The notes beneath the pieces were generated by a model. That model saw only the letters and a list, made by a program, of their open reading frames with translations, had not been told where the DNA came from and did not search any database. A program made the position numbers and the translations under genes. 49,977 nt of DNA from Desulfobacterales bacterium (GTDB taxonomy: Bacteria > Desulfobacterota > Desulfobacteria > Desulfobacterales > SURF-7). The stretch is taken from the NCBI GenBank assembly GCA_030145525.1, contig JAQYVL010000037.1, positions 1-49,977 on the forward strand, written 5' to 3'. Below, piece after piece: positions 1-7,954 of the stretch (position 1 is the first letter of the stretch; each line of letters begins with the position of its first letter).

Positions 1-104
1 GGGTCGGATGAAATGATATCCGGCCCGGCAGCACAGCCTGAAATCATAGTCCACAGCAGTATGGCAGCTCCAATAATGGCGGCTGCTTTTGGTGTCTGTT
101 TCAA
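1..104 (-). CDS. Putative lipoprotein, N-terminal part only (gene runs off the window start)
   Basis: The minus-strand reading from a TTG at 104..102 gives MKQTPKAAAIIGAAILLWTMISGCAAGPDIISSD. This is a signal peptide with a lipobox (ISGC). There is no strong RBS and only about 34 codons are visible. Confidence 0.35.
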   Translation of the reverse strand, partial: MKQTPKAAAIIGAAILLWTMISGCAAGPDIISSD

Positions 105-214
105 AGAAGTTCTTTCATATATCCCAAAGGGGAATTTTCCGGGTTCCCTCTGATTGTTTTTCATTTGCTATTTTCTCCGGTTTGTTTTACGGGTTATTTA
201 TTAAAATAAAATAT

Positions 215-225
215 GAACAGTGTTC
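215..225. promoter_or_regulatory. Palindrome GAACAGTGTTC inside the repeated 20-nt box AAATATGAACAnnGTTCTT; candidate TetR operator
   Basis: It is a perfect 5+1+5 inverted repeat in the region between the divergent lipoprotein gene and the tetR-sulfatase genes. The same extended box recurs 56 bp downstream. Confidence 0.4.
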
Positions 226-270
226 TTGTTCAATAGGGCCAGAAAAAATACGGTTTGTCAATAAAAATAT

Positions 271-281
271 GAACATCGTTC
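271..281. promoter_or_regulatory. Second copy of the box (GAACATCGTTC within AAATATGAACATCGTTCTTATT); candidate TetR operator
   Basis: It is a direct repeat of the 211..230 box and lies about 80 bp upstream of the TetR start codon. A weaker third copy (ATGAACAGAAGTT) is at 321..333. Confidence 0.4.
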
Positions 282-361
282 TTATTTTGTCATTATCATA
301 ACACGGTTTGAAAAATGGATATGAACAGAAGTTAATCAAATGCCTGCAGGTGATTTTATAA

Positions 362-994
362 ATGAAAGAGGCTGAAAAAAAGATTCGGACACCCGTCCAG
401 AGTAGGTCCAAAGAGAAAAAAGATCGTATTATCCGGGTTGCCTACGATCTTTTTAACGAAGAAGGATACAACGCGGTAAGCATTCGAAAGATCGCGAAGG
501 CAGCCGAGGTGTCGATTGGCACGATCTATTCCTATTTCCAGGATAAGCGTGATGTTTATATCGCGACTGTTGCATTATATGGCCATGATATGTATGACAA
601 CTTTTCATCGGTCATCGAAAACAAGAAGTTTTCAGCAGAAAATGTTGAGGAAATGGTATATGCAATAATCATAAAATTCAAAGAGATTATTCAATCCCAT
701 TACAATTTTCACCTGGATTCAGTTGTGCTTTCACTCACAGATGAAAAGATCCGTGAAGCACTGGCTGCGCAAGAGCATGAGATCGCCAATTCCGTCAGCA
801 CGTTGTTTGTCCAATTGATGGGGGATAAAATAGAAGTCCAGGATTATGAGGTTTCTACATTTATTGTGCATAAAGCGATCGAAGATATTGTGCAGCATAT
901 ATTGTTTTATAAAGTGGATCTCCCGGAGGAGCTTGTTTTTCGGGAATTGGCTTTAATGGTATCCAGGTATCTTGAGAAAAAATCTCCTTCATAG
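362..994 (+). CDS. TetR/AcrR family transcriptional regulator
   Basis: The N-terminal HTH region (RIIRVAYDLFNEEGYNAVSIRKIAKAAEVSIGTIYSYFQDKRDVY) is typical of TetR_N. The 210-aa size fits the family, and a target gene lies directly downstream. Confidence 0.85.
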   Translation: MKEAEKKIRTPVQSRSKEKKDRIIRVAYDLFNEEGYNAVSIRKIAKAAEVSIGTIYSYFQDKRDVYIATVALYGHDMYDNFSSVIENKKFSAENVEEMVYAIIIKFKEIIQSHYNFHLDSVVLSLTDEKIREALAAQEHEIANSVSTLFVQLMGDKIEVQDYEVSTFIVHKAIEDIVQHILFYKVDLPEELVFRELALMVSRYLEKKSPS

Positions 995-1013
995 AAAAAT
1001 ATAAGGAGGACGA

Positions 1014-2540
1014 ATGACCGATAGAAAAATAATCCGAAGGGGATTTGTCAAGAGTGTTGCAGCCATAGGGTTTTCTCTTTTCATCGTCAGTATGATTTCT
1101 GCCTGTTCAAAAAAAGATCCCTCTGGATACTCAAAGGATAAAAGGGAAACGATAGGCCTTGTTGAGGGCTATTCCGAGGCCCTCCCGAATATTGTCATTA
1201 TTAATGCCGATGATCTGGGATATGGAGATCTGGGATGCTATGGAAGCAGGGCGATCCAGACCCCCCGCATCAACAGCCTTTCGGATCAGGGAGTCCGGTT
1301 TACGGATTTTCATGCCTGTGATTCCGTATGCACGCCATCGAGGGCGGGATTGCTTACGGGGAGATACCCCAAAAGAATGCAGCTGGATATGCCGCTGCTT
1401 TCGGAAAACATGCCTTTCGGAAAAAGCATGCTGGTGAGATTAGGTTTTTTAATGGGGAAACTGGGTGTCACGGATATTGCAACCAAAGGCGGAGCTACAG
1501 GCATTCCAAAACATGAAATAACCCTTGCCGAGGCACTGAAAAAAAGAAATTATCGAACAGGCATGGTCGGCAAGTGGCACCTGGGTGACTATTCGGGCAA
1601 TCCGGAGCACAATCCAAGAAATCACGGTTTCGATTATTATTTCGGTGTTCCGCACAGTAATGATATCCATCCTTTTCCTCTTTACCGAAATGAAACGGAA
1701 CTGGAACCGGAGGTAACCGACCAGTCCAAACTTACCGGTCTATATACGGATGAAGCGATAAACTTTATAAAAACATCAAAGGGAGACCCCTTCTTTCTCT
1801 ATTTTGCCCATACTTTTCCCCACCGGCCTCTTTACGCGTCAAAAGATTTTAAAAATAGATCGGAAGGGGGTATCTTTGGAGACACAGTAGAAGAGATCGA
1901 CTGGAGCGTTGGCAGGATACTGGATACCCTGAAGGAAAATAATCTTGACAGCAACACGCTGGTTATATTCACCAGCGACAATGGCCCGTGGTATCAGGGA
2001 AGCCCCGGAGAATTCAGGGGGAGAAAAGGGCAAAGCTATGAAGGAGGCCACAGAGTGCCATTCATAGCGCGCTGGAAAGGGCATATCAAACCCGGAAGCA
2101 TCTGCACCGAATCTGCAATGAACATCGATTTATTCCCTACATGCCTGGCATCGGCAGGTCTTACCCTGCCTGATGACCGGATTATTGACGGCATGGATAT
2201 CAGGGACCTCCTTATACAGGAAAACAGCAAGACACCTCATGACTATTTCTTTTTTTATCATCACGGAGAACTGGAAGGAATAAGGACAGAGAACTGGAAG
2301 TATTTTCGTTCCATCAATCATTACAGCTGGCCGATGCCGGTAAATAAGAAATTTGGGAGTTTAATCAGTTATACAAACGGCCCCCTGCCATTGCTGTTTA
2401 ATCTGGGAATTGATCCCGGTGAATCTTACAATGTCATTGAAAAGTATCCTGGTAAAGCCAGAGAGCTTGAGAACGTAATGGCAAGGTGGGAAAAAGAAAT
2501 GACGGATAATCCGGGCGGCTGGATAAAGAGGGCGAATTAA
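1014..2540 (+). CDS. Cys-type sulfatase (arylsulfatase family), lipoprotein signal
   Basis: The formylglycine motif C-T-P-S-R is present (CTPSRAGLLTGRYP), along with NADDLGYGDLGCYG and SDNGPW motifs. The N-terminus carries a lipobox (MISAC). An AAGGAGGA RBS precedes the ATG. Confidence 0.9.
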   Translation: MTDRKIIRRGFVKSVAAIGFSLFIVSMISACSKKDPSGYSKDKRETIGLVEGYSEALPNIVIINADDLGYGDLGCYGSRAIQTPRINSLSDQGVRFTDFHACDSVCTPSRAGLLTGRYPKRMQLDMPLLSENMPFGKSMLVRLGFLMGKLGVTDIATKGGATGIPKHEITLAEALKKRNYRTGMVGKWHLGDYSGNPEHNPRNHGFDYYFGVPHSNDIHPFPLYRNETELEPEVTDQSKLTGLYTDEAINFIKTSKGDPFFLYFAHTFPHRPLYASKDFKNRSEGGIFGDTVEEIDWSVGRILDTLKENNLDSNTLVIFTSDNGPWYQGSPGEFRGRKGQSYEGGHRVPFIARWKGHIKPGSICTESAMNIDLFPTCLASAGLTLPDDRIIDGMDIRDLLIQENSKTPHDYFFFYHHGELEGIRTENWKYFRSINHYSWPMPVNKKFGSLISYTNGPLPLLFNLGIDPGESYNVIEKYPGKARELENVMARWEKEMTDNPGGWIKRAN

Positions 2541-2563
2541 TACATAAAAAATGAAAGATATAG

Positions 2564-2790
2564 CTTCTGACAGTCTCGTAAAAAGTCAAAACTCTGATGG
2601 CAAAGCAAAAAGTTCCCCGCTTTTAGCGGGGTTTCCGCTTCGCTCCAACAAGCTATTCCAGGCGCGCAAATCCCGAGGAATGAGTAGTAGTTAACCTACT
2701 CACGCCTATCGGCTACCGTTGCGCTTCGCTTAGCGGTACTGACGAGGGATGAAGCGCAACACAGAAATTGGACTTTTTACGAAGTCATCA
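2564..2790 (-). repeat. Intergenic palindromic MITE/REP-like element, copy A (long form)
   Basis: Terminal inverted repeats are CGTAAAAAGTC (2577..2587) and GACTTTTTACG (2771..2781). Internal perfect hairpins are GTTGCGCTTC...GAAGCGCAAC and CCCCGC-TTTTA-GCGGGG. The reverse complement aligns by eye along the whole of copy B at 32042..32195. Confidence 0.75.
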
Positions 2791-2794
2791 GCTT

Positions 2795-3448
2795 CTAGTA
2801 GTTCCAGCCGAGAAGACCAAAGGCGATTATATTCATAGCCGCCGCCAACGAATAGATCGCGCAAACGGCATAAATCTTCATCGCGTTCGTCTTTAGACCG
2901 ATAACCAGCATCGGGCTCAGGAAAAGAGGGAAATATCCGGCAAAAAAGATGGGCAGTACACCCGCCATTGACAATTTCCACCAGGGATATTCCCAGACCA
3001 GGTGCCCACCGATATTCAGCAGGCACTCAACAAATACGCAGAAGGACGCGTAGGAAAAGGACCAGAACAATCGGTTCGGAATTCCCAGGATTTTTGCATC
3101 CCTGTCCCTGGACAGCGTATTGTAATAAATGATTCCGGCAATAGAAAACATGAACATGATTTCGATGTTCCAGCCCACAGTCGTGCGTAGCGCTGTTTCT
3201 CCAGGAGCGGTCCAGAAGGCTGAATGCCCGGATAAATGGAATATCCAGCCGTTTATGGTTTCAAAAAGGAAATCCACACCGAAAAGCGTTGCACCTGCAA
3301 AAACAGGGTCCCAGTTTCCCGATTCCCTTGCCTTCTGAATTTCGGAAGTGTAGATATAAAAAACGATTGCCAGCAGGGGAAAAACATACCACTTGATCGT
3401 TGAAAGATCTCTGAGGCCTACCAACGCAAGCTCGGATGCAGATGTCAT
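2795..3448 (-). CDS. Multi-pass membrane protein of unknown function
   Basis: The ORF is hydrophobic and Trp/Phe-rich. A strong GAGGAGG RBS sits 5 nt before the internal ATG at 3448 (MTSASELALVG...), so this start is preferred over the ORF-track start at 3538. Confidence 0.6.
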   Translation of the reverse strand: MTSASELALVGLRDLSTIKWYVFPLLAIVFYIYTSEIQKARESGNWDPVFAGATLFGVDFLFETINGWIFHLSGHSAFWTAPGETALRTTVGWNIEIMFMFSIAGIIYYNTLSRDRDAKILGIPNRLFWSFSYASFCVFVECLLNIGGHLVWEYPWWKLSMAGVLPIFFAGYFPLFLSPMLVIGLKTNAMKIYAVCAIYSLAAAMNIIAFGLLGWNY

Positions 3449-3824
3449 TACAACCTCCTCATGGGTGCAGGGCAAGAAAATCGGCACTGATGGACTTTCT
3501 TGTTCTATCTCCATTACGGACCAATAAGATATTCTCACGTATTCAATTCATATTTTGAAATAAATGTCAAAACAAGAGGGAGTGATGATAGGGTATATGG
3601 AGATCGTGGAGCTTGTTAACCAGATCGCTACATGGATAAGAGTATTTAATTGTAAAAATTGAAACTTGACCTGGCAGTCTTTGTAATTCGTTTTTGTTTT
3701 TCTTTACAGATCAGATGAAAAATCCAATACTTTCGATCCAACAGCATCAGGGCAAATTTTAAAGAACACAGATTTTGAGGAAGGCATTTCCCTTTTAGTT
3801 TTTCTGTTTCAGGTGTGTTAGCAA

Positions 3825-3860
3825 CAATACCGGTTCATTCAAGAAAATGAACCGGTATTG
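3825..3860 (-). terminator. Perfect 15-bp stem hairpin downstream of hcp (terminator-like, no clear U-tract)
   Basis: The hairpin is CAATACCGGTTCATT-caagaa-AATGAACCGGTATTG and starts 35 nt after the hcp stop. Only TT follows it on the minus strand. Confidence 0.45.
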
Positions 3861-3894
3861 TGCGGAAGTCAGAAGACCTTTTCGATTGGTATGG

Positions 3895-5655
3895 TTATCC
3901 CAAAATGGCTTTAAGATCGTTTTCCGGTGTATCGATCGGCATAATATTATAATTTTTTACCAATACATTTAAAACATTTGGAGTAATAAATGTCGGCAGC
4001 GTGGGCCCCAAGCGTATGTCTTTGATTCCCAGTGAAAGAAGGCTGAGAAGAATCGCAACCGCTTTTTGTTCGTACCAGGAGAGGACAATGGAGAGCGGAA
4101 GTCCGTTAACATCCGTATTGAATGCTTTGGCAAGTGCTACGGAAATCTGTACAGCGGAATAGGCGTCGTTACACTGTCCGACATCGAGAAGTCTTGGAAT
4201 TCCGTTGATATCACCCAGCTTTTGTTTAAAGAATTTGAATTTTCCGCAGGCAAGGGTGAGAATAAGCGTGTCATTCGGGGTTTTCTCGACAAATTCAGTG
4301 TAGTAGTTTCTGGATTTTTTTACCCCATCACAGCCTCCAACCAGGAAGAGATGCCGGATGGATTTATCCTTGACCCCGGCGATGATTTTATCGGCTACGC
4401 CCAGAACACTCTTGTGGCCGAAACCCACCATGATTTTCATGTCCTCTATATCCTCCGTATATCCTTCAAGTTCCAGCGCCTTGTCGATAAGAGGTTTCAG
4501 GTTGTTCTTATTAATATGGGCGACACCCGGCCATCCCACCGTACCGGTTGTGAATATATTTTTTTTATAGGATTTTCTCGGTTTTTGAATACAGTTTGAG
4601 GTCATCAGGATGGCGCCGGGAAATTTATCAAATTCTTTTTTCTGGTTCTGCCATGCAGTACCGTAATGACCGTAGAAATGGGGGAATTTTTCCTTCAGTT
4701 TGGGATAGCCGTGACACGGAAGCATTTCCCCGTGCGTGTAAACAAAGATTCCTTTGCCCGCACTGGCTTTCAGGACAGCTTCAAGGTCAATGAGATCATG
4801 GCCGGAAACCAGTATAGCTTTGCCTTTTTTAGCTCCCAGTGGTACTTCGGTCGGCACCGGATGCCCATAGGCTTTTGTATTGCCTATATTGAGCAGTTCC
4901 ATGGCCCGGATATTCTTTTCTCCGCATTCAAGCACCAACGCAAGCAATGCATTGAGATCTTTTGTTTTATCCGTAAGTGCTGCCAGTCCCCGGTGTACGA
5001 ATTCGTAATTGGCATCGTCTTCCTCTCCGTGTTCGGCTGCATGATCCGTGTATGCTCCCATTCCTTTAATGCCGTACAGGAGAAGATGCTGCAGCGATCT
5101 GATATCCGGATCAACATCCGGATCAGACATCAAACCGTATTGTCTGCCCTGGGCAATCATACCTTCCAGAGAAGGTTTCAGTTTGAGTGTTAACGAGTCA
5201 CTGCTTGAAGAAATTTTTCCTCCAGCGGCTTTTACTTTTTGGATCATCTTGTCCCTTAATTCAGTGGATTCGGATAGCAGGTCTTCAAAACGATAAGGGT
5301 CAAATTCCACGTTTGTCAGTGTTGAGAAAAGAGCCATACAGGTAAAGCGGTTGGTCTTTTGATCATTAATGTTCACTTTTCTACCCGCCTCTGCCGCTAT
5401 GGAAATTCCTTTCAACATGTGGATCAATAAATCCTGAAGTGCAGCAACCTCCGGCGTTTTTCCGCATACGCCGATTTTGGTGCAGCCTTTGCCTCCCATG
5501 GTCTGTTCGCATTGGTAGCAGAACATTTTTTGTTTTGATTTGGATTTGGCCTCTGCCTGATCGGTTTTTAATATCGATGGCAGCAAGGTTGCACCGGTAA
5601 CGGCAATTGTACTTTTTTTAATAAAGTTTCTTCTTGACAGGTTTTGATCTTTCAT
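3895..5655 (-). CDS. hcp: Hybrid-cluster protein / hydroxylamine reductase with N-terminal twin-arginine signal peptide
   Basis: The N-terminal Cys motif MFCYQCEQT...GCTKIGVCGK is preceded by about 43 aa containing SRRNFIK plus a hydrophobic stretch and AEA. The rest of the 586 aa follows the Hcp/prismane pattern. Confidence 0.9.
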   Translation of the reverse strand: MKDQNLSRRNFIKKSTIAVTGATLLPSILKTDQAEAKSKSKQKMFCYQCEQTMGGKGCTKIGVCGKTPEVAALQDLLIHMLKGISIAAEAGRKVNINDQKTNRFTCMALFSTLTNVEFDPYRFEDLLSESTELRDKMIQKVKAAGGKISSSSDSLTLKLKPSLEGMIAQGRQYGLMSDPDVDPDIRSLQHLLLYGIKGMGAYTDHAAEHGEEDDANYEFVHRGLAALTDKTKDLNALLALVLECGEKNIRAMELLNIGNTKAYGHPVPTEVPLGAKKGKAILVSGHDLIDLEAVLKASAGKGIFVYTHGEMLPCHGYPKLKEKFPHFYGHYGTAWQNQKKEFDKFPGAILMTSNCIQKPRKSYKKNIFTTGTVGWPGVAHINKNNLKPLIDKALELEGYTEDIEDMKIMVGFGHKSVLGVADKIIAGVKDKSIRHLFLVGGCDGVKKSRNYYTEFVEKTPNDTLILTLACGKFKFFKQKLGDINGIPRLLDVGQCNDAYSAVQISVALAKAFNTDVNGLPLSIVLSWYEQKAVAILLSLLSLGIKDIRLGPTLPTFITPNVLNVLVKNYNIMPIDTPENDLKAILG

Positions 5656-5761
5656 GCCTTCCCCCTTTTTAAATTATTAAAATCAAAACAATTAGGTTGT
5701 GAATTTTTGTGGCGACGTGTTTTTTTGTTAACTGATCATATCAGAGCCGAAGAAAACGGCT

Positions 5762-5775
5762 TTGACCTAAGTCAA
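5762..5775. promoter_or_regulatory. CRP/FNR-family type palindrome TTGACCTAAGTCAA upstream of hcp
   Basis: It is a perfect TTGAC-N4-GTCAA palindrome centred about 113 bp upstream of the hcp start codon. Confidence 0.45.
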
Positions 5776-5870
5776 TAAAGTGTGTTTTTAAATCACAGGG
5801 AGGATATTTTTATCTTGAACTAAAAAGCTTTATTCTGCTATTGAGTTATCATCAATTTATAGTCCTCATT

Positions 5871-5884
5871 TTGACAAATGTCAA
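5871..5884. promoter_or_regulatory. Second CRP/FNR-family type palindrome TTGACAAATGTCAA upstream of hcp
   Basis: It is a perfect TTGAC-N4-GTCAA palindrome centred about 222 bp upstream of the hcp start codon. Confidence 0.45.
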
Positions 5885-6038
5885 ATAAAATGCTCAATAA
5901 TTTTAACAAACAGAGCAAAAATTAACTGGATTGTTTTCAAGAATAAAGCATTATTGAATCCCTGTTCGACATTCCGGCCCTTGTTGCCAATCCCGGTCTT
6001 CAGTTTCGTTTGATAATCTGTAATTAATCCCGTTATTT

Positions 6039-6599
6039 TTATATGGGTTTTGTTTTTTTTATCTCATCCGAAAGCAGTATTCTGCAGTAGCGGCAGAGCT
6101 GGTCAGATTTTTTGTCCACATCCTGTATGCCCCGACAATAATGCATTATGCAGGAAGAATCCTGGCAGTGCCTTAGATTAAAAGCATGCCCCAGTTCATG
6201 TACAGCCTCTTTACAAACCCTTGAATGAAAAGACTCTTCGGGTTTAACCGGTGAAAGAGCCTCTTCCAGGCGATGTGTGGAAATAATGGCTGCTCTGCCT
6301 CCGAGCTGAGCCTCCCCATAAACGTATGTTAAAATAGGAATGAAAAGATCAACCTTCGTCACAGCCAGTATTTTCAAAGATTTCGTGAGAGTGTTTTTGG
6401 ATAACATTTTAAGAATCAGGGTTGAATTGTATTGATCCCGATTATGATCATAAGCAAATGAAACATCTGAGAGAAGGGAGATGACTTCTGTGGGAAAGCC
6501 GAATATTCCGTTTACTTTACGGCCTACGATTTCAAAAAGTGAATTTTCGAAATCTCCTACCGGAGAAATTATAATAGTATGTTCAGGAAGGGTTTTCAA
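6039..6599 (-). CDS. Archaemetzincin-like zinc metallopeptidase (M54 family)
   Basis: The motif HELGHAFNLRHCQDSSCIM...CRYC matches the archaemetzincin signature HExxHxxGxxxCxxxxCxM...CxxC, with N at the G position. Its TTG start overlaps the stop of the upstream response regulator (TTGA). Confidence 0.75.
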   Translation of the reverse strand: MKTLPEHTIIISPVGDFENSLFEIVGRKVNGIFGFPTEVISLLSDVSFAYDHNRDQYNSTLILKMLSKNTLTKSLKILAVTKVDLFIPILTYVYGEAQLGGRAAIISTHRLEEALSPVKPEESFHSRVCKEAVHELGHAFNLRHCQDSSCIMHYCRGIQDVDKKSDQLCRYCRILLSDEIKKTKPI

Positions 6600-7939
6600 C
6601 TTGATTTATTAATACCGTAAGCCTTGATTTTGTTGTATAGTGTGGAGCGGTCAATTTCGAGGATTTTAGCGCTTTTTGAGATATTCCATTTGTTTTCATT
6701 CAAAATGGTTGTTATATGAAGTTTTTCTATTTCCCTGAGAGAAGAACTTCCTGGTAGATTTTGGTACTCAGCCCTGAAAAGAGGAAGATCGCCGGGTTGA
6801 ATGCTTCTACCTTTACCGACAACCACAGCTCGTTCAATTGCATTTTCAAGCTCTCTCACATTACCCGGCCATTCATAAATCATTATTTCATCCATTGCTT
6901 CACGACTGATGGTGTCGATTTGTTTTTTTGTTTCCTGAGAGAAGCGTCTTATGAAATGCTCGGCAAGAAGAGGTATGTCCTCTTTGCGCTTGCGCAGCGG
7001 GGGCATTTTGAAAGAGATGACATTCAGGCGGTAGTAAAGGTCCTCTCTGAAAATTCCTTCACGAATGGCTTCCTCCAGGTTTCGATTTGTTGCAGCGATA
7101 ACGCGGAAGTCAGCACTTATGGGTTGTGTGCCCCCCACGCGGTAGAAAACACGATCTTCAAGAACACGAAGAAGATCGATCTGCATCCGCATACTGATTT
7201 CACCGATTTCATCGAGAAAAATAGTGCCGCCGTGAGCCAATTCCAGTCTTCCTTTTTTGGTTTCTCTGGCATCGGTGAATGCACCCTTCTGGTGTCCGAA
7301 GAGTTCGCTTTCCATGAGATGCTCGGGAATGGAACCGCAATTAACAATTACAAAAGGGCCTTCAGAAAGAGGACTGGCAGTATGGATGGCCTTTGCTGCA
7401 AGTCCTTTCCCCGTTCCGGTTTCACCAAGTATCAGAACCGTTGATTCGACAGGAGCAATGTCCTGAATAAGATCGAAAACTTCCTGCATCGGAGGTGATT
7501 GTCCGATCATACTTTCAAAGCGTGTTCTGTCCTTATACTGTTCTCTCAGATAGAGGTTTTCCCTTGCCTGGGCCTGGTGCTTGATGATCTTATTAATGAG
7601 AACGCCCAGTTCACTCGGGTCAAAAGGTTTCAGCAGATAATCGTATGCTCCGTTTTTAATGGCTTCGATTGCGGTTGGAATAGACCCGTATGCAGTGATC
7701 ATTACGACTTCCACATCAGAATCATTTTCTTTCACATTCTTTAATACTTCAAGCCCGCTTATACCGCCCATTTTGATATCAACCAGGAGAATATCAAAGC
7801 GTACCGTTTTGATATTCTCAAGAGCTTCTTCACCGCTGCCTGCTTTTTCAACAAGGTGCCCGTCCCTTTCAAGCCATCCTGCAAGAGATTCCCTCATAAT
7901 CACTTCATCATCAACAATCAGAATTTTTGTACCGCTCAT
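6596..7939 (-). CDS. Sigma-54-dependent response regulator (NtrC family: receiver + AAA+ + HTH)
   Basis: The receiver domain is visible (ILIVDDE...DILLVDIKMGG). The AAA+ domain has a Walker A (GETGTGKG), a GAFTDA loop and ESELFGH. A C-terminal Fis-type HTH is present, and GGAGG lies 7 nt before the ATG. Confidence 0.92.
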   Translation of the reverse strand: MSGTKILIVDDEVIMRESLAGWLERDGHLVEKAGSGEEALENIKTVRFDILLVDIKMGGISGLEVLKNVKENDSDVEVVMITAYGSIPTAIEAIKNGAYDYLLKPFDPSELGVLINKIIKHQAQARENLYLREQYKDRTRFESMIGQSPPMQEVFDLIQDIAPVESTVLILGETGTGKGLAAKAIHTASPLSEGPFVIVNCGSIPEHLMESELFGHQKGAFTDARETKKGRLELAHGGTIFLDEIGEISMRMQIDLLRVLEDRVFYRVGGTQPISADFRVIAATNRNLEEAIREGIFREDLYYRLNVISFKMPPLRKRKEDIPLLAEHFIRRFSQETKKQIDTISREAMDEIMIYEWPGNVRELENAIERAVVVGKGRSIQPGDLPLFRAEYQNLPGSSSLREIEKLHITTILNENKWNISKSAKILEIDRSTLYNKIKAYGINKSS

Positions 7940-7954
7940 TAAGTGACCTCCATT

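Noticed and set aside
2730-3026. 98-aa minus-strand ORF overlapping repeat copy A and the membrane-protein gene end
   Set aside because: Its C-terminal part is merely the translation of the repeat element, and the same peptide-like string would arise at copy B. It also overlaps a better-supported gene in another frame.
4066-5193. Plus-strand ORFs of 177 aa and 175 aa opposite hcp
   Set aside because: They are antisense to a complete Hcp gene and have no recognisable domains.
5841-5855. TTGAGTTATCATCAA as a third FNR-type box
   Set aside because: It is 15 nt with 5-nt spacing and imperfect half-sites, so it does not fit the TTGAC-N4-GTCAA pattern of the other two.
5656-6038. Searched for a sigma-54 (-24 GG / -12 GC) promoter upstream of hcp that the adjacent NtrC-type regulator could use
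   Set aside because: There is no TGGCAC-N5-TTGC-like element in the correct orientation. The one GG...GC candidate near 5975 has the wrong spacing and is on the wrong strand.
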